Of a DNA stretch of 64,000 nt, positions 1-12,218 are shown one piece after another. Origin of the DNA: Octopus vulgaris (taxonomy: Eukaryota). The notes under the pieces were generated by a model. The model did not search any database. It was given only the letters and a program-made list of their open reading frames with translations, and had not been told where the DNA came from. The stretch is taken from positions 80,910,001 to 80,974,000 of the forward strand of contig OX597818.1 of NCBI GenBank assembly GCA_951406725.2, in the 5' to 3' direction. A program made the position numbers and the translations under genes. Positions within the stretch are counted from its first letter, which is position 1, and every line of letters starts with the position of its first letter.

Positions 1-192
1 CACGCGTAACCAACGACGGCCAGAGCGGAATTATCCAAATAATGGATGGACTATACAACCAACAGAATCACCGATGTATTAATTTGGTCCACTGTATAAT
101 TTAGCAGAGGAATAAAGTCTCGCTGCTATTTTAAAGTTTGTTTCTTGTAATATTTCCACGAGTTAACATGCCACATGTTATATAGTGGTATG

Positions 193-362
193 CAAAATGC
201 TTAGCGGTTTTTCACCTAACACTACGATATGAGTTCAAATTGCGCCGAGGTCGACTTTGTCTTTCATCATTTCGAGGTTGATAAATTAGATACCAGTTGA
301 GTACTGGGATTGAGGTAATCAACTAGATCCTTCCCCCTTGTGCCTATAGCAGAAAGGATTAT
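193..362 (+). mobile_element. 5'-truncated tRNA-derived SINE (family A)
   Basis: Contains gagttcaaat..gccgaggtcgactttg.ctttcatc..tcgaggttgataaatta, shared with copies at 10227, 18100, 40648 and 62484. Confidence 0.8.
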
Positions 363-388
363 TTACACGAGTTAACACGCTACACGTT

Positions 389-863
389 TGTAATGGAAAG
401 CAAGGTTTACGATATCGGGAGAACATCGCCTTCTCCCATTATCTCTTGTTCTTCGTGTAGTTCAGGCTCCAGCAGGCGAAAAAAGAAGTCTTTAAGTACA
501 AATGCTATTTACAACCAGTTTATTTACAAGTTTTACAGAATAGGTTAAGTGTGTTGCTCTCAGCAACCATCTCAAGCTTTGTGCCTTGTGTTGTATCTCC
601 GTTAGTGCGGGCACATTGCCTCTGGAGGTACAACATGCAGACAGGCCCAGCCAGTGAAGTGTGCTCAGCAAGCGCTGCTGCGAAGAAGAGGAGAGAAGGA
701 ATCTGTTTCTGTTTGGCCCTTAAATACAGTTTGCCATCGCGAGCCTCGTTGTGATCTCGCGTATGGCAAATGGATGCAGGTGAGGTCTCGCTCCAGTCTC
801 GGAGATGGCAATGGCTGCCGCGAGATCTCATCCGATATGGCGCTGACTGTTTGTGCCGCTACA
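389..863 (-). mobile_element. Solo LTR (Ty3/Gypsy-like), 475 bp
   Basis: TGTA...TACA termini; 4-bp TSD cgtt (385-388/864-867); empty-site paralog at 151-195. Minus strand has TATA-like TATTTAA (~722-728) upstream of AATAAA (~519-524). Confidence 0.75.
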
Positions 864-1249
864 CGTTATATAGTGGTATGCAACATTCTATAGTAAACCA
901 AAAGAGACTTTATGACCACCACAGCTAAAAGACCATCCATGATGTTTTCCATAGAGAGACAAGCAGAGGAATAAACCCCATTGCATGACTAGTACATCAT
1001 TTATCAACCCCTGAAGGATAAAAAGGGACGTTGCTCTCAATAGGATTTGAACTCAAAAAGGTCGAAATGAATATCTTCCATCGTTTACTTGTTTCACTCA
1101 TTGGACTGCAGCCATGCTTGGATACCATCTTGAAAGGTTTAGTCGATCAAATTGCCCCCAGTGTTTTTTTTTTTAATCTGGAACTTATTTTATCACTCTT
1201 ATTTGCCAAACCGGAAAGTTACGGGAACGAAAACAAACGAGACAAACGC

Positions 1250-1365
<116 letters not shown>

Positions 1366-1375
1366 TGCATGTGTC

Positions 1376-1730
1376 GAAGGCACATGGCTCAATGGTTAGA
1401 GCGTCGGGTTCACAATCATGAGGTAGGGGGTTCGATTCCCAGACTGTATGTTGTTCGATTCCCAGGGCTGTATGTTGTTTTCTTGAGCAAGACGTTTTAT
1501 TTCACATTGCTCCACTTCACTCACCTGTAGAAATGAGTTGCGACGTGACTGGTGCCAAGCTGTATCAGCCTTTTCTTTTCCTTTGGGCAACACTGGTGGC
1601 ACGGAGAGGAGAGGCTGGTATGCATGGGAGACTACTGGTCTTCCATAAACAACAGTGCCCGGACCTGTGTCTCGGAGGGGTACTTTCTAGTTGCAATCAC
1701 CATAATCATTCATGACTGAAGAGGGTCTTT
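1376..1730 (+). mobile_element. tRNA-derived SINE (family C)
   Basis: Box A tggctcaatggttaga and box B ggttcgattcc, then a body with ttcttgagcaagac..ttcacattgctcca; related copies at 5812, 36276 and 62160. Confidence 0.8.
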
Positions 1731-1734
1731 AGCC

Positions 1735-2097
1735 TATGTATGTATGTATGTATGTATGTATGTATGTATGTATGCATGCATGCGTGTATGTATGCATGTA
1801 TGCATGTATGCATGCGTGTATGTATGCATGTATGTATGTGTGTGTATGTATGTATGTATGTATGTATGTACGCATATATGTATTATGTATGTGTGTGTGT
1901 ATGTATGTATGTGTGTGTATGTATGTATGTATGTATGTATGTATGTGTGTGTGTATATATGTATGTATGTATGTACGTATGTATGTGTGTGTGTATGTAT
2001 GTATGTATGCATATATGTATTATGTATGTATGTATGTATGTGTATGTATGTATGTATGTATGTATGTGTGTGTGTGTATGTATGTATGTATGTATGC

Positions 2098-2130
<33 letters not shown>

Positions 2131-2292
2131 TGTGTGTGTGTATGTATGTATGTATTTATGCATGCATGTATGTATGTATGTGTGTGTGTATGTATGTATG
2201 CATATATGTATGATGTATGTATGTATTATGTATGTATGTATGTATGTATGTATGTATGTATGTAGGTATGTATGTATGTAGGTAGGTAGGTA
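1735..2292. repeat. Compound (ATGT)n/(GT)n microsatellite
   Basis: Directly visible; source of the MYVC/HTYI pseudo-ORFs. Confidence 0.97.
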
Positions 2293-2790
2293 TACGACGA
2301 GCTTCCTCATAGTTTCCGGCTGCCAAATTCACTCAAAAAGCTTTGTTTGGCTTGGGGCTGTAGCAGATAACATTTGCTCAAGGTGCTGCGTAGTGGAACT
2401 GAACCCGAACTCACGAGGTTGAAAGGTGAACTTGTCAATCACATAACCATACAGGTGCTTGATCCTATTAAAAGAAAAGAAGAGAAAAGAAACTTGAAAA
2501 TTGACCCGGTTTGACCTCCGAATCAAAAGGCGCGCGCGTGCGTGTGTGTGTGAGTGTGAGTGTGTGTGAGTGTGTGTGTGTGTGCGCTCTGTGGTTTTGA
2601 CTGAGAAATAGGTAGGTGGCTTCTGATGTAGAGCTTCTCTCCGTTAATAAGCGGTTGAAAAAGTAAGTTAGTTATCTGATCTGAACAGTTAGTGTGTGGT
2701 TAGTTAAACGAAGCATGAGACATGTCGCTTAGAAATTACATATTATTAAGCTAAATACGACAACGATAGTCGACTTAACTTTATGTAATA

Positions 2791-2864
<74 letters not shown>

Positions 2865-3032
2865 TTGTAAGGTGGACAACAGAGAGAGGTGGGAGAGAGA
2901 GATACTGTTATTTACGACCAAAACATTGATAACCTACTATCAAAGGAGCGGAAGTTGTTCCGCCAAAATAGTTGAAATAATAATGGTCTGACTTTCACTT
3001 ACATTTATTTCTTGGTGGTGGTGTACTAACTT

Positions 3033-3065
<33 letters not shown>

Positions 3066-3173
3066 ATGATTTTGCTTTGGTTGTGGTTATTGTTGTTGTT
3101 GTTAAACCACAAATCAATTCTGTTCGAGCACATGCCTATAAGCTAAGTGAATTGTTCTTTCTGTGGACGTGTA

Positions 3174-4485
3174 CGAGGTGGTTTCAAAAGATTCCCGGAC
3201 TAGTTATGTTTAGTAAAAAAAAATAATAATAACAACTCATTTACCCAGCGCTGGATTAACCATTAAACAAAGTAAGCACGTGGTTAGGGCACCAAGGGAA
3301 GGAGTGAGCGTCACAGAAATGGTAAATGGTTTATGGTACAAAAGAAATCACTCTAAACGTGCTAAAATAATATTCGGGATGCCTTTATCTCTACAAAGTG
3401 TAGATGCAGATGTGTTGCCTAAGATTAATTTTGTGCACCTGATTAAAGACTTTGTAATTAAAAAAGTATGAAGAAACTTTTCAAATATGAATAAAGTGGG
3501 AATATACAAAAATAAACATTATTTTCCCTCTTACTGTTTTGTTTCGTATTGAAAAATAAAAATTTATTTTATGGTTTGTTATTGTTTATATTTTAAATTA
3601 CATAATCTTTTATGGGGGCACCAAAATCTTTTAAGTGCTCAGGGCCTCGATGGGTCTTAATCCGGCCCTGCATTTACCTAAGTTTTAACATTATCTCCTT
3701 CGAAATAGTCACCTTGCGCAGCAATACACCAGTTCCAGCGTTCTTGCCACTTTTGGAATCCGGCTTGGAAGTCGTTTTCCATAAGCGTGTCGAGGACCTT
3801 CGGCATTTTGCTCTAGATCTCGATAACGGTGTTAAAACGACGATCTTTCAGCTGCATTTTCATCTTGGGGGAGAGGTGGAAGTCGACAAGTGCTAAATCT
3901 GGCAAATAAGGCGGGTGCGAAAACAATACCTTGTTGTTTGTTGCCAGAAGCTCACGTGTGAGGATAGCTTGGTGAAGAATCCAATTCTTCACGCTCCATA
4001 GATCCGATCGCTTTCGCTGAGTGTCCTCTGTTAAACGCTTCGAAAAGTCACAGTAGAACTCTCGATTGACGGTCTGGTTCTGGGGGAAGAATTCTTGATG
4101 CACAATATCACATTTCCGGGTGTGACGTTCGTGGAAGATCTTTCAGATTGCTCATCATCTTCCAGGGACGTTCTTCCGCTCGAAACATTGCGTATGACCC
4201 ATTGCCTCGTCGACGTAAGCTTGCCAAAGCATGCTCAATGTCTCTATAGCAGATTTCCCAAGTTTTAACGCAAAATTTCGCGTTTGCTCTTTCCTGTCCA
4301 TGACAAAATCGCAGACTACGACATACATATGATCATAAAAACACAAATTTCACAACTTGCAAAATAAACACCGCGATGTCACTTGACACACTGCCTCATG
4401 AAGTTCACTGCTAACTCTTACTGCGCACGCAATGTGCTGTCATCTGTTGGTGCGCTACAGAACTAGTCCGAAAACTTGCGAATCC
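3174..4485 (-). mobile_element. Decayed mariner (DD34D-type) transposon
   Basis: TA + cgaggtggtttcaaaag..ggactagtt TIR, degenerate inverse at 4461-4485. Transposase fragments LKLGKSAIETLSML (HTH) and HPPYLPDLALVDFHL (YSPDLAP motif); internally deleted and frameshifted. Confidence 0.88.
3246..3670. mobile_element. Non-autonomous hAT element nested in the mariner
   Basis: TIRs cagcgctggattaa / ttaatccggccctg; perfect 8-bp TSD catttacc (3238-3245, 3671-3678). Confidence 0.88.
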
Positions 4486-4501
4486 GGTTACGACCAAGAT
4501 A

Positions 4502-5794
4502 TTAGGTTGTCCGCAATGTTATGATCGTTTTTAATACATCTTCAGCTTCATTGAACACATCTGAAACGTAACAAAGTCAAAGCTTTGGCGTTGCTTGAAG
4601 TGGTAGTGCATCTCTTCTGTGTTCCTGACTAGAAATAGAGTTAACTTTTAGTCCTGTTATCCATTATTGACATTTGAAATGGATAACCAAAAATTTCAAA
4701 TTCGCGTTGTAATGCTTTTCGTCTTTTTTTTTTAAAAAGGAGAAAATACTGCAAAGACTTGCAAAAACATTTGTGAAGTTTATGGTGATGATGCTGTAGG
4801 TGAATCAAATGTTCGAAGGCGGTTTGCAAAATTTAGAGCTGAGCAGTTTAGCTTGGAAGATGATAGTTGCAGTGGAAGGCCTTCAAAATTGGATGAAGAT
4901 GTTTTGAAGGCTAAAATCGAAGAAAACTCAAATATCATGACTAGAGAACTTGCAGAGGAGTTAAAAGTTTCTAAAAGTACGGCTCATAAACACCTAGTGA
5001 AGCTAGGATACATTTCTTGCTATAATATATGGATCCCTCACAAAATCTCAAAAAAGAATTGCTTGAACCGGTATTCCGTTTATGATATGCTTTTGAAACG
5101 GAATGAACGCACGACTTTTTTGAAACAACTTGGCGACTGGAGATAAAAAATGGATTGTGTACGAAAACTCTGTGCGAAAAAGATCCTGGAGTTTGTGTAA
5201 GGATCCCCCCAAAAGAGCAACCAAAGACGAATATCTATGCTCAAAAAGTTATGCCTTGTGTTTGGTGGGATCATAAAGGCATTATCTATTAATACTTCCT
5301 CCCACAAAACCAGACCTTTAACTGTGGTGTGTACTTTCGTCAGCTGGCTAATTTGAAAAAAAAAATAATCAAAGAATTGAGGCCGGAGATTGCCAACATG
5401 TAAGGGGTAGAGTTCCAACAAGTCAATGCCCTACCATTTGTGCCTTTGGCTACCTGAAAAAGTTACATGAACTTGGCTGGGATCTCTTACACCATTCACC
5501 ATATTCTCCCAATATTGTGCTATCCGACTACCACTTGCTTTGTCTCTACAGAACTCATCACAAAGAAAAACATTTAACGATTTAGATGGAGTCAGAATAC
5601 ATCTAGATAACTTTTTTCTTCAAAACTGTCTAATTTTATGCTGATGGAATATTTAAATTGCCTGATAGATGAGCAAAGATCATTAATAATAATGGAAAAT
5701 ATTTCATGGAATAAAATTTATTGAAGGGTCAATTATTTATATCCCTTTTTGCATATTAAAAAAAAAAACGCTCAGAACTTCCCGGACAACCTAA
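4502..5794 (+). mobile_element. Full-length (1293 bp) but inactivated mariner
   Basis: TA-flanked TIRs ttaggttgtccg / cggacaacctaa. Disrupted transposase ~4678-5713 with SGRPSKLDED, WIPHKIS (WVPHEL) and HSPYSPNI..SDYH motifs; multiple stops and frameshifts. Confidence 0.93.
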
Positions 5795-5811
5795 TATATA
5801 ATATACATGGT

Positions 5812-6052
5812 AGAAGCTCGTGGCCTAGTGATTAAAGTGTTGGACTCATGATCGTAAGATTGTGGTTTCGATTCCTGAACCGGGCGACACATTGTGTTCT
5901 TGAGCAAAAAACTTCAGCGTTGCTCCAGTTCACTCAGCTAGCAAAAGGGAGTAATCCTGCGATGGACTGGCGTCCCATCCAGGTAGTGAATATATACGAC
6001 ATAGAAAATTGGAAATCTGCCCTATGAGTCTACATGACTCGGGAAGGAACTT
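5812..6052 (+). mobile_element. tRNA-derived SINE (family C)
   Basis: tggcctagtgatta box A, gtttcgattcc box B, gttcttgagcaaaa body. Confidence 0.8.
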
Positions 6053-6417
6053 ATGTCATATATATGTATGCTTATATACATACATTACATACATGCATGC
6101 ATACATACCTAATACTTACATATATACATGCATACACACTACATATGTGTGTTTGTGTCTTTTAAATTTGTTTACAGGAAACGTTTTGAATATGCAAATA
6201 AAGCTCTATTCCATTATGTCGGCTACAGTCTAATGATGCTGACTATCGCCTGAAGAAATGAATCCGATACTACCCGATGCTCACGGATACTACGGTCCAC
6301 ACTGTAATCATCCCAGGAATATGGACTATGATCATAAGAGACATGTGATTTGTGGAAACGCGCGTAGCAATGCATTAAATGTTTATAAATTCCATCCAAG
6401 GAATATTGTTATTGTTA

Positions 6418-6476
<59 letters not shown>

Positions 6477-6908
6477 CATGTGTTTGTTTGTGTGTGACAT
6501 GGTTTCTTATTTGAAGCTGAGTGAACTGGAGCAACATGAAACGAAGTGTTTTGCTCAAGAACACAACGTACCACCCGGTACGGGAATCGAAGCCATAATG
6601 TTACGATCGTGAATGCAGCACCATAACCACCCTAACCACAAATTTCTGTAAAATGACACTTTATAAACTCCTTTTGGAACTGGCATCAGATAGCTGACAT
6701 TCATTCAACATGTATTCTGATGTAACCATTCTCTGTAGAAGGCCTCATGATATATTTACGGATCACGAACTTGTCCTCGGAGAAGAAGAGAATCTTTTCC
6801 CGTTGCTATTTTGAAGTATAAATTTGCCCCATGCAAATATATGTTTATGCTACAAAAAGCGCGTGCCTTACTTTAAGTGAAGGCGCATAGCCTAGTAACG
6901 AGGGAATT

Positions 6909-6979
<71 letters not shown>

Positions 6980-6981
6980 TA

Positions 6982-8251
6982 CGATGAGGTACCCAAAAGT
7001 AACGGGAAACGTTCTCCGTGGAACAAACCCGTTGTAGTTCAGGCTTCCGCCGCTAGAAGCCACTTGATGCGACCCTCAGTCATCAGCTTCCCGACCGGCG
7101 GGGTCGTGTGCAAGTCGTACCCCACGTGGTGCATCTTTGTTTTGCAGTGCTTCATCCCTGTTCGTCGACTTTTACGGTGGCTGAAACGAAGGAACAGCGC
7201 GCTTTCGCGAAATTCTGCTTTCTGCTGAGGAGAACGGTGGCCGAAACAGTTGTCATGCTGTCATGAGCAAAACAAGTTTAAGGAATGGTCACATGTCGCT
7301 TGAAGACCATTCTCGTTTAGGGTGACCTAGCGAACGAAAGCATCACGAACATTCATAAATTGATCTTGGAGGACTGTCGCCGAACAATTGACGAGCTTGT
7401 TGATATGACTGGTGTGTCCAGGAGCTCCTGCCAACGAATTTTGAGCGCGGAGTTGCAAATGGAAAAAAGCTGCAGCAAAATTTGTGCCTCACTTGCTCAC
7501 AGAAGATCAAAAGTAGTCACGATTGAATGCGTGTCGTGAAGTGAAAGAACAGTTATAAGTTGATTCGAACCTTTTTTTTCGAAGGTCATCATCGGTGACG
7601 AAATCTGGTGATACGACTACGACTCGGAAACGAAGCAGCAATCAAATCAGTGGAAGCAGTCAATGTCACCACGTCCCAAAAATGTGCGTCAAGTGAAATC
7701 CAGTGTCAAGACGATGCTGTTTTGTTTTATCGATGTGAGAGGAATTGTCCACACAGAATTTGTTCCTCTTGTTCAAACTGTTAACCAGACATTTTACTTG
7801 GCAGTTCTAAAACGTTTACGAAACTCGGTGAGTCGAAAACGCCCCGACTAATAGCAAAGTGGAGAGTGGTAGATTCATCACGATAATCTACCTGTGCACA
7901 CCGCCTTGAGTGTGAGACAATTTTTGACCCAAAACGACATGACCCCACTTACCCCCCCCCCTATTCACCCGATATTTCTCTCTGTAACTTTCTTTTGTTC
8001 CTCCGAATGAAAAAAGTCTTTAAAGGAAAACGTTTTGCCGATGCCGAAGAGGTGAAGAAAAAAAGTGATGGAGGCGTTAAAAGATATCGCTTTGCAGTAG
8101 TTCCAGGACTGCTTCGAACAGTGGAAAACGCTTCTGGGTCGAGACATTGCTTCCAATGCAAATACTTTGAAGGCGATAAAAGTGTTAACACGTAAAACTA
8201 AATGAATAAAATAATATTGCAAAATTCAGGTTTCCTTTCGGTACCCCTTCG
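6982..8251 (+). mobile_element. Near full-length decayed mariner
   Basis: TIRs cgatgaggtacccaaaagtaac / tttcctttcggtaccccttcg. Motifs EQRAFAKFCF, KFVPHLLT, IGDEIW, HHDNLPVH, PYSPDISLCNF across frameshifts. Confidence 0.92.
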
Positions 8252-8411
8252 GATATGGAAGTTGAAAGTTATGGCTAGTCATAAAGTAATCGTTGGTTTC
8301 GCATCTATAAAATGCTTAGCAGTTTAGACGACTCGTCACACTCAATTGGCCGAAGATACATAACCTCTCTACAAATGGAGGAAGAAATACGTAACGGTCA
8401 GTTGGCTTTTA

Positions 8412-8463
<52 letters not shown>

Positions 8464-8549
8464 GTAGGTGGCATACGAGTGGGTATATATTTGTAAAAAA
8501 TGAAGTTTGAAAACGCCACTATATAAGATAAATTTTAACTTTCTGAGAG

Positions 8550-8598
8550 ATTTTACATGTTTCGGTTCTTCTTGAAAAAAACGAACCTTATCAAAAAT
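8550..8598 (-). ncRNA. Candidate minimal type-I hammerhead ribozyme, U3:A8 core
   Basis: Minus strand reads attt-TTGATAA-ggttc(loop)gaacc-GAAA-catg-TA-aaat; palindromic stem III; stem I is only 4 bp. Confidence 0.55.
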
Positions 8599-8699
8599 AT
8601 ATATTTTTAAAAGTTAAGTGTAATAAAAGAAAAGTTCATAATTGTTTCTTACTAGTCTCAACAGAGTCCATGTGGTGGTGTTTTGTGTGTGGGAACATA

Positions 8700-8765
8700 A
8701 TGGCTGTCTTGTGCGTTGACTAGAATCGTCAGCCAATGATTCTAGTCAACGCACAAGACAGCCAT
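8700..8765. repeat. Perfect 28-bp inverted repeat, 10-nt loop
   Basis: atggctgtcttgtgcgttgactagaatc (8700-8727) / gattctagtcaacgcacaagacagccat (8738-8765). Confidence 0.95.
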
Positions 8766-8849
8766 ACAGGTGTTGTACTCACGATCGCAAGATCGTTGTT
8801 TCGATTCCATATCGTTTCTATCGTCCACATTATATTTCTGTGAACTATG

Positions 8850-9195
8850 TAGGAATGGCTGTGATGTAAGTAGCTTGCTTACAAACCTCATGGATCCGGG
8901 TTCAGTCCCAATGCGTGGCACCTTGGGCAAGTGTCTTCTACTATAGTCTATGGCAGACCAAAGCCTTGTGAGTGGATTTGGTAGACGGAAACTGAAAGAA
9001 GCCCGTCGTATATATGTATGTGTGTGTGTGTATGTGTTTGTCCCCCTCCCCCAACATCGCTTGACAACCGATGCTGGTGTGTTTACGCCACCGTAACTAG
9101 GCTTACAAAGAATAAGTCCTGGGATCGATTTGCTCGACTAAAGGCGGTGCTCCAGCATGGCCACAGTCAAATGACTGAAACAAGTAAAAGAGTAA
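8850..9195 (+). mobile_element. tRNA-derived SINE (family B)
   Basis: ggaatggctgtg..taagtagcttgctt..gggttcagtccca..gacggaaactgaaagaagcccgtcg, internal (TG)n, tail atgactgaaacaagtaaaagag; many copies in the window. Confidence 0.85.
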
Positions 9196-9549
9196 AGACT
9201 AAGAGTATGTTAATTCTAAAAGTTTTGTTTGTGTCACGACAGAGATATCACTATTTTTTTTCTATACCGCTCGCTGCTATATGAATGGGTTAAGAGTTAA
9301 CATGCCTGTTTCTGCATGAGTTGTTATTGTTATCGTTAAAATTTCTTTGTTGACATATTCGAAAAGCGACAGGTAGGGCATGAGGGTGTTAAAAAACCTG
9401 TCTCAGTTTATCCTGCCTGACTCATGCAATCATGGAAAAATAGACGTTAAAACAATTTTGACCAGATTCCATCCGTAGCCAAGTGACTGCATCTACAAAA
9501 TACCAAAGAGAGTAAACCTCCACGTTAAAGTTGGAGATAAAGAACATTT

Positions 9550-10054
9550 GGTGCCACTTTGGCGTGTGATCTACAACATAAGGGGCGATTACTTTAGGGT
9601 ACTTTTCAGTTTAATTTTCAATTTCTAAAAACCCTTAAGAAGTTGGCTAAAGATTTTTACAATGTGGTCAGCGACGAGACGAAGGCAGTTACATTTTTAC
9701 GAAGAAATGGCCTTTTAGATGAAGATGAAAATGCTACATTATGTCATCGTTGTGGAGGAGCAATGAAAGAAGCTCGAAGAAAAGAGAAAAACAGTGAAAT
9801 TTTGCCATTCTTTACGTTGCAAAATTCGCGTCTGCCAAACTTAGTGTATCCGCTCATAAATGTTTTTTTCTATTATGCGGATTTAAATAACAAAATCCAT
9901 TACAATCTTTCTCTTATGACAAGGTGCATCAGTTAACTGGTATAGGTACCGAATCAAAATTTCACCGTTTTTCCTTTAGAAACGGAAAAGTAAACTAAAA
10001 TGTAACCTAATGTAATCATCCTTTAAGCTGTAGATCACACGCCAAAGTGGCACC
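9550..10054 (+). mobile_element. Internally deleted Merlin-like DNA transposon with transposase N-terminus
   Basis: TIRs ggtgccactttggcgtgtgatctaca; 8-bp TSD gaacattt. ORF 9643-9936 (FLRRNGLL..CHRCGGAM) resembles the Zn-ribbon N-terminus of Merlin/IS1016-family transposases. Confidence 0.75.
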
Positions 10055-10226
10055 GAACATTTTTTTTTTTTTTTGTCTACTCATGAGAAACTGGGACTGA
10101 CAGAAAGTAACATTTTGACAAGTATTCCAAAGAAATTTTCATGAGGTAATGCTTGAAATCTAATCGTGACTCGGAGAAAGAAAATGGTTTTCATATGTTA
10201 AGGAACATATTTTACCTGTAAAATAA

Positions 10227-10642
10227 GGCGGTGAGCTGGCAGAACTGTTAGCACGCCGGGCGAAATGCTGGACGGTATTTCGTCTGCCGCTACGTTCTGA
10301 GTTCACATTCTGCCGAGGTCGACTTTGCTTTTCATCCTTTCGGGGTCGATTAAATAAGTACCAGTTACGCACTGAGGTCGATATAATCGACTTAATCCGT
10401 TTGTCTGTCATTGTTTGTTCCCTCCGTGTGTAGCCCCTTGTGGGTAGTAAAGAAATAGGTATTTCGTCTGCCGTTACGTTCTGAGTTCAAATTCCACCGA
10501 GGTCGACTTTACCCTTCATCCTTTCGGGGTCGATTAAATAAGTACCAATTACGCACTGGTGTCGATGTCATCGACTTAATCCCTTTGTCTGTTCTTGTTT
10601 GTACCCTCTATGTTTAGCCCCCAGTGGGCAATAAAGAAATAA
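10227..10642 (+). mobile_element. tRNA-derived SINE (family A) with internal tandem duplication
   Basis: Head ggcggtgagctggcagaa; ~185-bp body present twice; ~17-bp TSD atatt(t/c)tacctgtaaaa. Confidence 0.88.
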
Positions 10643-11700
10643 ATATTCTACCTGTAAAAAAACATTTTCACCGTGATTTGCCTCTGTAGGCAAAAGGTAT
10701 AAACACACCAAAATCAGTTTAGAGCTTTTCCTAAGAACTAAAATATATATTTCGAGCTTTCTGTGCTCTCTTCAAGTATTTGATACGGAGTAGGGCAACT
10801 CTAAACTGGCTGGAAGACTTCGCTTCCTTATATATATAAAAAAGTGGGCACAAAACCAGTAGCTTTAAGGCCATTCTCACGTGACTTACGTTAAGTGACA
10901 GAGATACAAATTGCGAAATATCTAAGCTGTAAATCTTAAACATTTTACAAGAATTGTATTCATTCATTTTTCATAGTAAATTCCGGCCACACAGGCAAGT
11001 ATTAAACAAAGACATTTCTAACCTGGAATGTATGCTGAATCTTTTGAAGAGGATTCAAAAAGTATGGCTTACATGACATCACACAAAATAACATTTTTTT
11101 TTCCCTTGAAAATATTGGTTTCAAATTTTGGCATAAGGACAGCAAGTTTAGGGGAACAGGTTAAATCGATTACATTGACCCCAGTGCTTAAATGGTACTC
11201 ATTTTATCAACCCCGAAAATATGAAAGGCAAAGTCGACCTCAGCGAAATTTAAACCCAGAGCGTTAAAATGGATGAAGAGCCGTTAAGCTTGTTGCTTGG
11301 CTTGCTAACGATTCTGCTAGATCACCACCTTATTTTCACGTGAAAATATTACCTGGTAATTCCTCAGAATTTCTTCAGAGCAACATCAAAAGGCTCATGG
11401 TGTCAAGTCACATTGACCTTGAAATTAAAAAACGAATACTCGTGAGTTTTCTGGCAACAATGTCGGAGATCACAATTCTCTTTTATCTAGTGTGACATGC
11501 GTGACAAAAATATGAATGTGACGTAGGTGACAGAAATGTTTCGTGTTAAAGGATAACGCTGCATAGACCTGGAATGAAATTGTCCCAATATCGCTACCTG
11601 GTCGAAAATGAACCAGTTCAACATATCATTACAGGTATATAATGATTTTTCTGGGCACTCTAAAAAAATTTTGAAAACTCATTTTTATTTAGTTCAACTT

Positions 11701-12218
11701 TCATGAGAACGGCCTTACAGTACTTGACTGGTAACCTTATTTTACCAACCTCGAAAGGATGAAAGGTAAAATTGAAACCGAGGTGGATGAACTCAGAAAT
11801 ACAGCGAAGTATCTTGTTATGGTATTTAGTTCATGAGAATGGCCTTACAGTACTTGACTGGTACCTTATTTTACCAACCACGAAAGGATGAAAGGCAAAA
11901 TTGAAACCGAGGTGGATGAACTCAGAAATACAGCGAAGTATCTTGTTATGGTATTTAGTTCATGAGAATGGCCTTACAGTACTTGACTGGTACCTTATTT
12001 TACCAACCACGAAAGGATGAAAGGCAAAATTGAAACCGAGGTGGATGAACTCAGAAATACAGCGAAGTATCTTGTTATGGTATTTAGTTCATGAGAATGG
12101 CCTTACAGTACTTGACTGGTACCTTATTTTACCAACCTCGAAAGGATGAAAGGTAAAATTGAAACCGAGGTGGATGAACTCAGAAATACAGCGAAGTATC
12201 TTGTTATGGTATTTAGTT
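11701..12218. repeat. 4 x 129-bp tandem repeat derived from a family-A SINE fragment
   Basis: Units start at 11701, 11831, 11960 and 12089; each contains ctggtaccttattt..cgaaaggatgaaagg.aaa (SINE body, reverse strand). Confidence 0.92.

Noticed and set aside
1-116. Terminal exon (..NYPNNGWTIQPTESPMY*) followed by AATAAA
   Set aside because: Truncated by the window edge; no acceptor or homology to support it.
1376-1445. tRNA gene
   Set aside because: A and B boxes run straight into a repeated SINE body and no proper cloverleaf acceptor stem is seen; the same holds for the other SINE heads.
4678-5713. Active mariner transposase
   Set aside because: Multiple stops and frameshifts despite intact TIRs.
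11352-11568. Minus-strand coding exon with AG/GT sites
   Set aside because: Stops in all three frames for both candidate acceptors; at most a UTR or non-coding exon.
11701-12218. CRISPR-like regular repeat
   Set aside because: Head-to-tail units without unique spacers, SINE-derived, eukaryotic context, no cas genes; the same applies to the 22-bp array at 35350-35880.
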